In this document: positions 1 through 13,271 of the stretch, piece after piece | Numbering within the stretch: the first letter of the stretch is position 1 | Layout: each line of letters opens with the position of its first letter | From: Eledone cirrhosa | Taxonomy: Eukaryota | Reading direction: 5' to 3' | Assembly: GCA_964016885.1 (NCBI GenBank) | Contig: OZ024754.1 | Coordinates: 28,520,001-28,584,000 of the forward strand | DNA: 64,000 nt | The notes under the pieces: model-generated | What the model saw: the letters and a program-made list of their open reading frames with translations, nothing else | Database searches by the model: none | Told to the model about the DNA's origin: nothing | Program-made: the position numbers and the translations under genes

Positions 1-610
<610 letters not shown>

Positions 611-622
611 GAAGATAGACAT

Positions 623-836
623 TCGATCGACTTTCGTCAAATTGGACTGAGGAAACAATGATTCCATTGGTCTTTCCAATTGCTAATACTATCTATTGGT
701 CACAACTCCTAATAGAAGGAGCAACGTGAAATGAAGTGTCTTGCCCAAAGACGCAACTCGTCACCTGGTTCGGGAATCAAACTTACAACCTCACGATTGC
801 GAATCCAATTCTCTAACCACTCAACCATGCGCCTTC
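623..836 (-). mobile_element. tRNA-derived SINE, family A
   Basis: Minus strand GAAGGCGCATGGTTGAGTGGTTAGAG (A box)...GTTTGATTCC (B box)...TTGGGCAAGACACTT body; homologous to 5332-5544 and 16588-16803. Confidence 0.85.
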
Positions 837-845
837 AAAAGAAAT

Positions 846-943
846 GGTTACAACACCTAGGTTTCCCAAGCGGTCACCCATCTAAGTACTAACTAGGCTC
901 GACGTTGCTTACGTCGGTGATTGGACGAGAAGCAGTGTTTTCA
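846..943 (-). pseudogene. 5S rRNA pseudogene, 5'-truncated
   Basis: Minus strand TGAAAACACTGCTTCTCGTCCAATCACCGACGTAAGCAACGTCGAGCCTAGTTAGTACTTAGATGGGTGACCGCTTGGGAAACCTAGGTGTTGTAACC matches metazoan 5S from about nt 20 to the 3' end; followed by TTTCTTTT. Confidence 0.88.
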
Positions 944-954
944 GAAGAAAACAA

Positions 955-1225
955 AGAAATTTTGTTTACATATAAAAGATTTTTTATTGTGTATCGACCT
1001 ATTATGCGTGTTTCACTGAGGATTGGTTCAGTGTAACCCATAGGAGTTATGGACCCAACTCCACTATCAATCTGCTCCTCAACCTGGCAATGTGACGAAA
1101 AAAACAACAAAACATTTATATATATATAGAAAAAACAACAAAACATTTATATATATATATATATATATATATGTGTTTTTATTGATACACAATAAATATC
1201 TTCTATATGTAAACAAAACTTCCTC
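955..1225. repeat. Inverted-repeat remnant (about 955-997 vs 1187-1225) enclosing a decayed hammerhead-like fold; probable PLE pLTR relic
   Basis: TTTTGTTTACATATAAAAGATTTTTTATTGTGTATC vs GATACACAATAAATATCTTCTATATGTAAACAAAA; minus 998-1044 CCTAT-(7 nt)-ACTGA..TCAGT-GAAA-CACGCA-TA-ATAGG. Confidence 0.45.
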
Positions 1226-1707
1226 ATTATTTTCTATAATATGCTCTCTCCTTGTTTATAGAGTGCTTGATTTGCTACCAACACCACTAATTCACTGTAT
1301 GTACATATATATATATTTGCATGTATATATGTGTGTAAAATATGTATATAAATATGTATATATGCTTGCATTAGCCAACAACATATCAACCAAGCCACAT
1401 AAATCTGTTAACATCTGATGACATCACACTGGTGCAGGTTAATCTTGTAACGGTTGCACAACATCTCCATGCTGGTGTCATAAAAATATGCATAATAAAA
1501 AGGATTATATAACTTCTGTCTTTATTTCATGTGTGTGTATGTATATATATATATGTATATAGTGTGTATGTATATATGTGTTTGTATGTATATATGTATA
1601 TAGTGTGTGTATGTATATATATATATGTATATAGTGTGTGTGTATGTATATATGTGTTTGTATGTATACATATATATATATGTGTATATATATATATACA
1701 TATGTGT

Positions 1708-4527
1708 ATAGATGGATCAATAAGACAATAGAGGTAGTTCGAGTTAGTAATCGAATAATTAAGCTTAGATTAGTTGTAGGCAGGAGACTACTGACAATCA
1801 TCTCGGTCTATGCTCCCCAAGCAGGCCTAGGCAAAGAAGAGAAAGACTACTTTTATGAGCAACTTTTACAGACAACCGCAATGACAGAGGATGGAGACAT
1901 TGTTATGCTAGCAGGGGACTTCAATGGTCATGTTGGACAGCTCCAGGATGGTTACACTGGGGTACATGGTCGGCACAGTTACGGCTCAAGAAATGAAGGA
2001 GTGAGACTTCTTGAATTTTGTGATGTAAGTACACTGACTATTTGCAACACTAACTTCCAGAAACCTGCCAACCACCTAATAGCCTACAAATCTGGCGAGC
2101 ACATAAGCCAGATTGACTTCTTACTAGTTAGGCAGTGGGACAGGCAGATGGTGTCTAATACCAAGGCATACTCTGGGGAAGAATGTCCCCCTCAGCATAG
2201 GTTAGTCATTAGTGATATCTCAGTAAGCAAGAAATGGAATGAGACATACAGGAAGGTGTGGAGAAGAAAGGTCTGGAAGCTAAAAGACCTTTCACTAAAA
2301 TACAAATTTAGGGAAGCTCTTCAAGATGTGTATGACGAAAAAGAAGACGATTTAGAGTTGTATGACATAGATGATAAATGGAATTTCTTACGTGACAACT
2401 TACTGCAGGCTACTGATGAAACTTGTGGCTGGAGCAGAGCTCGAACCAGACAGAGAGTGATCTGGTGGTGGAACAGCACAGTAGATGAAGGCCATTAGAG
2501 ACAAAAGACTAGCATGGAAGGCTTGGAAAAAGTATGGGAGTAGAGAAGGGTATACAGCCGCTAAGAGAAAAGCTAGACGTCAGGTGTACTTAGCACGCAG
2601 GGAGGCTGAGAGTAGGAGGTTTGCCAATGTTCTGCGACGGGAAGATCAGTGTGTCAATGCAAATCAGGATGTTGGAGATAAATGTGTCCGGAATGATGCC
2701 TGTGTACTTAGTGTTACGAATGATCAGAAAAAGGAGGCCTGGAAATGTCATTATGAGAGACTGATGAATGTGGAGAATAAATGGGAGAGAGAGAGAAATT
2801 ACCCTCAGGAGATCCGACAGAGAGACCAGCTATTGAGATTGACGAATATAGAGTCCAAGAGGCGATTAAGGAAATGAAAAATGGTAAGGTTGCTGGACCA
2901 TCAGGGATAGTTGCTGAGATGCTGTTCATCTGGGGACATAGGCACTAAACTGGTTGCACACATCATCAATCAGGCTGTATATGGTGGTGTCATATCAAAA
3001 GACTGGTGCAGCAGTATTCTCATAAATTGCTACAAAGGTAAAGGGGATGCTCTGGAGAGGAGCAATTATAGGGGTATAAAACTGATGAATCAGGTTATGA
3101 AAGTGGCAGAAAGGATATTAGCGCAACTAATTAGAGAAAGGGTCAAGCTAGATGAGATGCAGTTTGGTTTTGTGCCTGGGAAGAGGACAACAGATGCCCT
3201 CTTATTGGTGAGACAATTACAAGAGAGGTTCTTAGAGAAAAATAAGCCACTATACTTAGCCTTTGTTGAGCTAGAGAAGGCCTTTGATAGGGTACCCAGA
3301 TCTGTCATCTGGTGGTCCCTAAGGAAACTAGGTGTTGAGGAATGGCTTGTGAGGACAGTGCAAACTTTGAACAGAGGTACTGTCAGTAAAGTCAGGGTAG
3401 GAATGGAGTTTAGTGAGGAATTCCAGATACAAGTAGGAGTACATCAAGGTTCGGTCCTCAGCCCGCTCTTGTTCATTATAGTCCTCCAAGCCATAACAGA
3501 GGAGTTTAAGACTGGCTGTCCATGGGAACTTCTCTATGATGACGATCTGGTTCTTATAGCAGAATCAGTAGAGGAGCTAGAGAATAAATTCTGGCTATGG
3601 AAACAGCAGTTGGAAGCAAGAGGACTGAGAGTGAACCTAGCTATGACAAAAGTGTTGATGAGTAGAAAAGAGGACAAAACTCTGATTCCGTCAGGGAAAT
3701 GGCCATGTTCAATATGCAGAAAAGGAACTGGCATAAATTCTATAAAATGCACACAATGCAGATCCTGGGTACACAAGAGATGTAGTGGGATAGCAGGCAA
3801 ACTAACAGGTAGGGAGAAATGTGTATGCAGTAGATATACAGGGAAATTAGACAGTAGAAGTTGCATTGATAGACACATTTTTCAAATGCAGGCGGGTGCT
3901 ATAGAAGTGGTGGATAGCTTCCGGTACCTAGATCAGATTAGCATGGGAGGGGGGGGGGTGTTCTGAGGCCATAGTATCTTGAATAAGGAAGGGCTGGAAG
4001 AAGTTTAGGGAGCTGCTCCCTCTGCTGACGAAGAAGGGTTTCTCCCTGCGTACGAAAAGCTGGTTATATGATGCCTGTGTGAGGAGCACGATGCTGCTTG
4101 GTAGTGAGACATGGGCAGCAACTGCAGTGGATATGCGACGGCTGGAGAGAAATGAGGCAAGCATGCTCAGTTGGATGTGCAATGTAAATGTGCACGAACG
4201 ACCCAGCATGCATGTGTTGAGAGAGAAACTGTGTCTGAGAAGGATAGAATATAGTGTGCGAGAGAGGAGACTGCGGTGGTATGGACATGTGATGCGCATA
4301 GAGGATGACCGATGGGTGAAGAAGTGCCAGGAAATGCCAGTTGAAGGAAGACATGGTAGAGGTAGATCACGAAAAATATGGGCGGAGGTGGTGAGAACAG
4401 ACCTCAGATCGCTGAAGCTCACGCTGGAGATGACGAAGGGCCGTGACAAGTGTAGAAATGCTGTGCTGAATAAGACCCGTCCCACCCTTGCAAGCAGGGA
4501 AAAGCGGACGTGAAATGATGATAATGA
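1708..4527 (+). mobile_element. RTE-clade LINE family 1, 5'-truncated, frameshifted
   Basis: ORF pieces with APE motifs (SVYAPQ, GDFNGH, QIDF), RT motifs (NYRGIKL, QFGF, HQGSVLSP, YDDD), Cys-rich finger, RLRWYGHV; ends GGACGTGAAATGATGAT. Confidence 0.95.
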
Positions 4528-4637
4528 TATGTGTATATATGTGTGTGTGAATATATATATATATATGTGTGTATATATATATATATATATGTGTGTGTAT
4601 ATATATATATATGTGTGTGTATATATATATATATGTG

Positions 4638-4668
<31 letters not shown>

Positions 4669-4703
4669 ATATATATATGTGTGTATGTATATATATATAT
4701 ATA

Positions 4704-4764
<61 letters not shown>

Positions 4765-4765
4765 G
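4528..4765. repeat. (TA)n/(TG)n microsatellite
   Basis: Dinucleotide run directly after the LINE tail. Confidence 0.95.
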
Positions 4766-4927
4766 TAGATAAATATACACGGGTGTGTATGAATGTGTAT
4801 AGAAGATTATATTAATAAGAGGAATTCCAACTTTGTCTGATTTACTCATTTTATTTACAATCCTTTAAAATTTATAATGGTATTATAATGAAATAGTATG
4901 GTAGAATATTAAATGTTAAGTGTTAAT

Positions 4928-4966
4928 TGAACAAATACTTTCATGCTTTCGCAATCTTCAGGTTCA
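4928..4966 (-). ncRNA. Minimal hammerhead ribozyme motif
   Basis: Mirror copy of 5037-5075. Confidence 0.6.
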
Positions 4967-5036
4967 TATTCTGTGGTGACAGTGAAGTTTGCAATTTTCA
5001 ACTGAAAATTGCAAACTACACTGTCACCACACATTA

Positions 5037-5075
5037 TGAACCTGAAGATTGCGAAAGCATGAAAGTATTTGTTCA
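5037..5075 (+). ncRNA. Minimal hammerhead ribozyme motif
   Basis: TGAAC-CTGAAGA-TTGC(GAAA)GCAT-GAAA-GTAT-TT-GTTCA: stem I TGAAC/GTTCA, CUGANGA and GAAA cores; U.U at base of stem II. Confidence 0.6.
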
Positions 5076-5202
5076 ATTAACACTTAACATTTAATATTCT
5101 ACCATACTATTTCATTATAATACCATTATAAATTTTAAAGGATTGTAAATAAAACAACTAAATCAGACAAAGTTGGAATTCCTCTTATTAATATATATAT
5201 AT

Positions 5203-5320
<118 letters not shown>

Positions 5321-5331
5321 GGATATAATGT

Positions 5332-5544
5332 GAAGGCATGTGGCTGAGTGGTTAGAGAATTGGATTCGCAATCGTAAGGTTGTGATTTTGATTCCTGGAC
5401 CAGGCGATGCGTTATGTCCTTGAGCAAGACACTTTATTTCACGTTGCTCCTTCTACCTGGAGTTGCGACCGATAGATAGTATTAGCAATTGGAAAGACCA
5501 ACGGAAACATTGTTCCCTCGGTCCGATTTGACGAAAGTCGATCG
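5332..5544 (+). mobile_element. tRNA-derived SINE, family A
   Basis: GAAGGCATGTGGCTGAGTGGTTAGAG...TTGATTCC...CCTTGAGCAAGACACTT...GTCGATCG. Confidence 0.85.
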
Positions 5545-5594
5545 TTCCTTTTTTATATATGGATATATATATATGTGGATATATATGTGTGTGC

Positions 5595-5625
<31 letters not shown>

Positions 5626-5983
5626 CACACACTCATATGAACACATATCTAAACAATCAACTAATGGAGGTATAACTTAGGTGAACTTGGAATGCAATAT
5701 ACTAAGTGTACTAACTACAACTATCATTGTGAATAGGTGAGAAGAATACCTCACAATGTTTTGTGGTAGATGACACCTGTGTATTGTTACCTTGGTGATT
5801 TAATCAGTGCTGAAAGTAGATTGGAACAGAAACTGTGAATTATTTGTTTCTGCTACACATAAAAGATGTCCTGCTCCTTTTACCTGAAAGGTAATAAATA
5901 TATTAAGCTATATATTATATATTTCATTTCCAAAGTGAGATATGGTACTTGTGAAACTTAGGTATTTGATGAGCTGTCTCAGT

Positions 5984-6625
5984 CATCATCATCACTGGTG
6001 TCATCACCATCATTGGTGTCATCATCATCATCATCACCATCACCATCATTGGTGTCAACATTATCATCATCATCATCACCATCACCATCATTGGTGTCAA
6101 CATCATCATCACCACTGGCATCATCACCATCACTGGTGTCTCACATCATCATCATCATCATCACTGGCATCATCACCATCACTGGTGTCTCACATCATCA
6201 TCATCACCATCACTGGTGTCAACGTCATCATCATCATCATCACTGGCATCATCACCATCACTGGTGTCTCACATCATCATCATCACTGGCATCATCACCA
6301 TCACTGGTGTCTCACATCATCATCACCACTGGCATCATCACCATCACTGGTGTCAACGTCATCATCATCATCATCACTGGCATCATCACCATCACTGGTG
6401 TCTCACATCATCATCATCACCATCACTGGTGTCAACGTCATCATCATCATCATCACTGGCATCATCACCATCACTGGTGTCTCACATCATCATCATCACT
6501 GGCATCATCACCATCACTGGTGTCAACATCATCATCATCATCCTCACTGGCACCATCATCATCATCCTCACTGGCGTTATCATCATCATCATCAGCATTG
6601 ACATCATTGTCATCATCATCATCAA
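5984..6625. repeat. CAT-rich minisatellite (CACTGGTGTC/CACTGGCATC blocks between (CAT)n)
   Basis: Higher-order repeated units; source of poly-His/Ser/Ile ORFs. Confidence 0.92.
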
Positions 6626-6747
6626 TATGCTGCAATGGGTTGAACAGGTGTGACAGTCCGAGTCAATAGTTATCCGAAGGTGCCCCCAACATGGTTTAGA
6701 AGACTAAGTTTCACTTGCACACTTCAATTGCATAATATCTAGAAATT

Positions 6748-6781
6748 GTGTTTACTGTCGTTACCTAAGTGCATAACATGT

Positions 6782-6860
<79 letters not shown>

Positions 6861-6933
6861 GAACACCGGAAGGTAATATCTGCAGTGGTAGAGCACTCAG
6901 TGTTTACTGTCGTTACCTAAGTGCATAACATGC

Positions 6934-6965
<32 letters not shown>

Positions 6966-7008
6966 GTAGAACACTGGAAGGTAATATCTGCAGTGGTAGA
7001 GCACTCAG
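6748..7008. repeat. Tandem duplication with embedded (TA)n(GA)n
   Basis: TGTTTACTGTCGTTACCTAAGTGCATAACATG and GTAGAACAC(C/T)GGAAGGTAATATCTGCAGTGGTAGAGCACTCAGT each occur twice. Confidence 0.85.
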
Positions 7009-7083
7009 TCCATGGGATGAGTTAGGTAGAAGTGGTAACACAACAGTTAGTTCACCATACCGAGAACTAACTGTTGTGTTACC

Positions 7084-7137
<54 letters not shown>

Positions 7138-7198
7138 ATAAATATAAAGTATTGAAGTTTCCATTGAAAATTGAAAAGTCTATGTAAGTTACAGAGCT

Positions 7199-7379
7199 AA
7201 ATTTAATGTATAATAAACAATACAATATAATTACCTCATTACCAGAGGTTTCCCTAATAAGACATCCGTCAGAAAAGGTTGTCTGACGAACGAATGAGGA
7301 CGTTTCTTGTATTCGTCTTATTCGGGAAACCTCTGGTAATGAATTAATTATATTGTATTGTTTATTATACATTAAATTT
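7199..7379. repeat. Inverted repeat (about 65-bp arms), probable PLE pLTR pair with rearranged hammerhead
   Basis: AAATTTAATGTATAATAAACAATAC...CAGAGGTTTCCC mirrored; contains CTGACGA and GAAA-CCTCTGG-TA-ATGA. Confidence 0.6.
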
Positions 7380-7512
7380 CTATATATATATATATATAAT
7401 AGACTTGCTAGCAGGGAAAGTGGGCATTAAAACAACAATGACACATATCTATAAGGACAACAAATTTAAACAGGACATAGTGTACATAGTTATCAAGTAA
7501 TGAAAGGTGTGT

Positions 7513-7549
<37 letters not shown>

Positions 7550-8564
7550 TGCACATACATACACCCCTTTAACTACTTGATAACATTGTATGTGAGATCC
7601 TGTTTATTTCAAATTTTTCATTCTGGCAATTTATTGAGAGTAAATGAAGTTTTCCTGACAAATTGGCTGCAATTCAGTGTGTTGATCCTTACAGCAAGAA
7701 TTGCTATTGTTGTACATTGAAAGAGAGAGAGAGGGATATTATTAATGTAATAAATATATAGTAATCATAATGCCCTGAAGTCAACAATATTATACATTAC
7801 ATTTGTAGTTTTATGGTTTCAGTTATATGTACAAGAATAGTTATGTTGTTCTGGAGTTGCAACATGGATCTTGGACAAGTATCTTCTTCTGTAGCCTCAA
7901 GTAGACTAATGGTTTGTGAATGGAATTTAGTAGACAAAAAAATTGCAGAAGCCTGTTGTGTATGTATGTGTCATCATCATCATCATCGTTTAACGTCCAT
8001 CTTCCACGCTAGCATGGGTTAGACTGACGTGTGTATGTATGTATGTATTTGTGTGTGTATTTATGTATGTATGTGTGTGTGTATATGTATGTGTGTGTGT
8101 ATGTATGTTTGTATATATGTGCCCACTCTTGTGTTTATGTTTGTATCTGTGTTTATGTCACATGACGTAGTGGTTTGACAAAACTGGATTGAAAAAATAA
8201 CTACCAGGATTTTTAAAAAAGCAGTTTGACAAAAAAAAAAGACTCGATATTATAAATAAGAGACATGAAAAAAAGAATGTACTGGGTATATGATTCAACT
8301 AAAAACCCAACAAGGTGGTGCTCCATCATGGTCACTATCTAATATACACCTAACTAATAAATTAGATTGCTGGTGTAATACAGATAACTTTTAGAAAGTT
8401 GTATATAGAACTAGAAGCCAATATTATGGCAAGATAAGGCACTATTAGATGAAAATAGAATTATGTTATAAAAGAGTTCTGAAAATGAGTTTTCTCTAAA
8501 AAATTTGTCCTTGTACAAGAATATATATATAATATATACACACACACACACACACTTACATGTG

Positions 8565-8606
<42 letters not shown>

Positions 8607-9045
8607 GTGTGTATAGTGTGTGTGTGTATAATATGTGTACATGTGTGTGTGTGTGTGTGTCTCTCTCTATATTTACATATACATACATACACGCACACAC
8701 ATACATCATGTATGTACACACATACACACATATGTATATCGCCTTTTTGCACATTCTCATGTCGCTAATCATAACTGGATTTTATATGGAATTGATTTAT
8801 TCTTGTTAACCTCATAACGGAATTTTCTGGGAAATCCTCTTTTTCCTGATAAACATTCCCCTCCAGCCGTTTATAGAAAAAATAAATTAAAAAAGAAGCT
8901 AATTAAACAATGTATGTAGGAAGAAAAAAATATATAAAATACAGGAAAAAAGAAAAATAGAAAACTTGATAAAAAAATGGTGCCTCATTTTTTAATATTA
9001 TATCTTTTATTTTTACCTGCACTTATTTTTTTGTTGTTTGATCAG

Positions 9046-9067
9046 AACTTAAATCTGCTACTAGAAG
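9046..9067 (+). CDS. Candidate 22-nt coding microexon of an unidentified host gene
   Basis: TTTTTTGTTGTTTGATCAG|AACTTAAATCTGCTACTAGAAG|GTAAAG; splice signals only. Confidence 0.25.
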
Positions 9068-9250
9068 GTAAAGTGCTCAGTATATATGGTAAAGGAAGAA
9101 AACACTTGTTATAAGCAAACAACATTGACGCTATTTATGTCTTGAGAGAGGACAAAAAATGATTGTTTATTTTTTGTCTATAAGGAATATTTTTTAAGTT
9201 ACTGATGAAATATTTTTAGAGTTGTTTTCTTTAAACAGTTTGTTTTACAG

Positions 9251-9290
9251 AGTTCCAGGAACATCATATATGATCCCTTTGTTTAATTAA
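9251..9290 (+). CDS. Candidate terminal exon (VPGTSYMIPLFN*)
   Basis: TTTGTTTTACAG acceptor; AATAAA at 9551; peptide resembles that at 10794. Confidence 0.25.
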
Positions 9291-9899
9291 AAAACAAAAG
9301 AAATGCAATATATATATATTTAGTAGCTGAACTTTTTGTTATTTAAAAAACAACTTTTTTTGCATATTTCTACTGAAACTTAATGCCTATGATTTTTTAA
9401 ATAATTAAGAATTTCAAGAGGTATAGTCAAATCAGTTTGTCATTATTAATGTTTGGAGAATAATTCAACAATATAATTTATTCAATATTCAAGATCTCAC
9501 AATGTCATGAAAGGCCATTGGCATTATATAAAAATAATTGGGCAGTATTTAATAAAAACACAACTCAGTATTAAAGGGAGGAGGAAAGGAACAGAAATGA
9601 AAAGGAGAAAAGGTGACACAAGGAAAGAGAAAGAAGTATCACGTAGAGGGGGAAGTTCAGTCACTACACCCTAGTCTGAGTGGAACCTCATCTATGCCCC
9701 ATGGACAAAACAGCAAAAGTGTTACTGTGGAAAATAGTCAAAGACACCTGATGCAACAGGCACCCCACCTCACAGGGCTCCCTCTCCAAGTGGGTCACCA
9801 TCTTTCTGACTTTACGAAGGAAATCAGCAGTTAGGAGGCCAAAGATGCCAGAGAACTCTGATTGTGAAAAGAAACCAGTTGTTTTGAGGCTCCTTCTGA

Positions 9900-10085
9900 A
9901 GATGAAGATGATGATGATGATGAAGATGATGATGATGACAATGGTGACAATGATGGTGATGACGATGACAGTGGTGACAATGATGATGATGATGATGACA
10001 CTAATGATGATGGTAATGATGATGATGATGGTGATGTTAATAATGATGATGGTGATGGTAATGATGATGATGATGGTGATGTTAA
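9900..10085. repeat. Imperfect (GAT)n microsatellite
   Basis: GAT/GGT/GAC triplet run adjoining a SINE tail. Confidence 0.9.
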
Positions 10086-10262
10086 TAATTGTTTCTACTT
10101 TTGGCACAAGGCCAGCAATTACCCAGTACATTACTGGTACTTTATTTTATCGACCCCATAAGGATGAAAGGCAAAGTTAACCTCGACGGGATTTGAACTC
10201 AGACCGTAAAGGGACGTAACTATGCTGGAAAGCATGGCGTCCGACTCTCTACCGATACTGCC
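10086..10262 (-). mobile_element. tRNA-derived SINE, family B
   Basis: Minus strand GGCAGTATCGGTAGAG...GAGTTCAAATCCCG...TTGCCTTTCATCCTT..GGGGTCGATAAAATAAAGTACC; homologous to 31921-32110. Confidence 0.85.
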
Positions 10263-10793
10263 TGATGATGATGATTGAATGTATCAGAATACATATTCGA
10301 CACCCCAGTATAGTTGCAGTCTAATGACTGAAACCTGTAAAAGAATAACAATATGAATGTATATATGAAGAACAGGAGGATATGTTAGCTCATCCATAGG
10401 AGAAAAATTAATTTCTCTTTGTATGAAATGAGGTATATTACATAAAAATATCATCATTAGTATATAATTATATAATGTTGATGACTGCTAGATTCTTCTA
10501 CAAAAAACAAAGAAAAAGAAGGCTGGTAGTGTGTAGTTGCGTAATGCCATTGTAGATTGGAATATGCTAAAGAGTTTCAAGAGAACCAGCTGTTCTTAAG
10601 CAGAATTAAATAAGTTAAAGATTTGTAATTCAAAATTAAATTTTTATTAAATTTTTATCAGATTAAAAATCAACATGTTTTCTTAGAATGGAACAGCCAT
10701 TTCTCTATGACATAACTCAAATTATTACAATAGAAAAAAAAAGAAGTTTATTAACATTTAATTAATTTTTTTTTTTTTTTTACCATTTTCTAG

Positions 10794-10834
10794 AATCTGG
10801 AAGTTATATATTACCTGTATTTAATCAGTTTTAG
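10794..10834 (+). CDS. Candidate alternative terminal exon (SGSYILPVFNQF*)
   Basis: Long poly-T tract plus TTTTCTAG acceptor; peptide resembles 9251-9290. Confidence 0.25.
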
Positions 10835-10984
10835 ACACTACAGTTGCCTGCAGAGTTTTTATAAAATTGACAGCAGGATTTTGAATTTTGAATCAACCGA
10901 TCTAAATCAAATTATGTAATGTTATTGTAAGAATTATGCATTTCTTCAAATCCTTTAACTATTACTATTAATTATTATTATTCT

Positions 10985-11345
10985 TGGAGTCTCAGTCAGT
11001 TATGTTATTTAACTGGAAAGTTTGTTGAAATAAACATCAAGCTGCTACCTGCAGCCTCAGATATTCAGGACGTATCAGAGGGTTCTTGCTGTTCCCAGCA
11101 AGCATACCTTTTGAAGTGTTCCAAAAAAAAAGGGCTGGACTAATGTTCTTTAACGATCCTTGAAAACTCTTTGAGATAGTACCTAGTGTTCCTATGACAA
11201 TCGGGACAACCTTGATCTCATGACAGTCCCAAATCCCGTTTAACTCCCACTTTAAATCCTGGTATCGGTTAATTTTCTCCTCCCTTTCTTGCACTCTTGT
11301 GTCAAAGGAGCTGAGCTGGCTACATCTACAATCAGGCATGATCTT
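10985..11345 (-). mobile_element. 3' fragment of R4/Dong-like LINE (restriction-like endonuclease C-terminus)
   Basis: EEKINRYQDLKWEL..IW...KVVPIVIGTLG, then LLGTAR in a shifted frame; (TAA)n tail. Confidence 0.75.
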
Positions 11346-11475
11346 TTTTCCTTGTCATAAACCACCAGGTCAGGCCTATTGTGTTCTTATTTCTTGTCTG
11401 TCTGTATCCCGAAATCCCATACCACCTTCACTAGATCGTTTTCTATCATCAACTCTGGCTTATGCTCATGCTCTT

Positions 11476-11509
<34 letters not shown>

Positions 11510-11772
11510 GGGCGGTGGATTGGCAGTATCAGTGGAGGGTCAGACGCCATGCTTTGCAGCATAGAGTTACGGCCCTTTATGATCTGAGTTCAAATCCCGC
11601 CGAGGTTAACTTTACGGGCTCTTTAAGGAGTCGATAAAATAATGTACCAGTCGCGCACTGGAGTCGATTTAATCGACTTTCCCCTCCCCCAAAATTGATG
11701 GCCTTGTGTCTATATAAGAAACCATTATATAAGAAACCATTATATAAGAAACCATTATATAAGAAACCATTA
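11510..11772 (+). mobile_element. SINE family B with 15-bp tail slippage repeat (TATATAAGAAACCAT x4)
   Basis: GGCGGTGGATTGGCAGTATC head, GAGTTCAAATCCCGCC B box. Confidence 0.8.
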
Positions 11773-11839
11773 TTATTATTATCATTATTATAATTATTTT
11801 TTATGATTTTCACAGTAAATATGATTACTGAATTTTCTA

Positions 11840-12230
11840 CTCTCTGAAATCTCAACAACGACTTTAGAATACCAGTTGCTTCCTGGGTATAAATTCAGTG
11901 CCCAACCAAGCAGTCTTTTGTAGGACAGCCATTTGTGATTCGAGGTCTATTTACTCAAGATACCCACTCAGCTTTAGGGTCATCGAGCCCAACACTCCAC
12001 TGACAACTGGAATTATCTTGATGATCTTAGGTGATATTCATGTAATTTTGATTTTGAAGCCAGTTTATTTTATTTTGCAAATTTCTTTCAAGGTTATCTT
12101 GTGTTCTGTTGGGAGGTTAACATAAACAATCAGGCATTCACAACTATTTCTGGGTATAACTGTAATATCAGGTTTGTTGTGTTCAGTCCTGTGGTATGTT
12201 TAGATAGTGAACTCCCAGATTATCTTGTGT
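11840..12230 (-). mobile_element. Degenerate R4/Dong-like LINE fragment
   Basis: Minus translations IIWEFTI*T...HNKPDITV and IIPVVSGVLG...LQKTAWLGT. Confidence 0.55.
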
Positions 12231-13271
12231 GTGTCTCTGTCATCAAGGACATTTTCTGAGACATGCTAGTACCACTTATTGGGCACCTTATTCTTGTTTT
12301 CTGCACATGAAGGTACATACATACATGTTTTGTCATGTCCTTTATGCTCATTCTGAGCTAGCTTTTTGCACATGTTTACTATGTAGGAGAAACACCACTT
12401 CACATTTCACCAAAATGATATATCCATTTAGTTACCCACTCAGTACCCATAAATTGTTGGCCTTGTGCCTATGTGGTTGATAAAATAAAGCACCAGTAAT
12501 GCACTGGGATAATTGCTGGCCTTGTGCTAAAAGTAGAAACTATTATTTCCAGCCTTCTCTCAATCACGGTCCCCTTTTATCTAAACCTGCTGTTACCATC
12601 TTTCTGATAGAATATACTGTGTTAGAATTAATGAAGATTTTTGAGGGATTTACTAAAATTATTTTGATTATGTTGGTAAAAGATTCCTATAAAAAATATT
12701 ATGTTGGAAGAATTTAATCGAAATTGTGTTAATTATTAATCATACTATTTAATTATGATTAAGCCCTGAACAAAATTTCCTGCATCTCTCATATAAGCAA
12801 ACTTATAGCAATGAAATTTTAGCAATAGTAGCACTTAAGCTTTTATCATCATCACCACTGTAATAACCACCTCTATCATCATTATCGACATCATCTTTTT
12901 TTACATCCATTTTTCCATGCTTCTTTCTTTTGTTGTCTCCTTTGTAAGGTTCATTGTCCTGAAATCAGCTTTCACCACCCCCACCCTGGTCTTCAACAGC
13001 TTCTTTCCACTTGGAACTTCTGGCACTTTATATGATGTTGAATTGCTACACTGTCTAATGGAATAGTTAATAGTAATTATGCTATTAGTAATATGGTTTA
13101 TATTCATAGTATCCATATATAAGTAACTAAGGGGGAAGTAAATATGTGTGAGCTTGATTTGAATAGAAAATTTCTTTGTTCTAATTTAAATAACATCTTT
13201 TATAAAAAAAAAGAATGTAATATATCTTTGTCAGTGTAGAGAATATAAAAATATATAAATATTATAATATA

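Larger units (their letters stand above)
4808..5195. mobile_element. About 390-bp near-perfect palindrome: inverted pair of PLE pLTR-like arms
   Basis: Arms of about 190 bp mirror around 5001-5002 with few mismatches; each arm carries a hammerhead core; flanked by TA microsatellites. Confidence 0.8.

Noticed and set aside
846-943. Functional 5S rRNA gene
   Set aside because: 5' about 19 nt missing, indel near box A, not in a tandem array
5942-6669. Poly-His/Trp/Cys 'metal-binding protein' ORFs
   Set aside because: Open in several frames because CAT repeats lack stops; no splice or non-repetitive coding support
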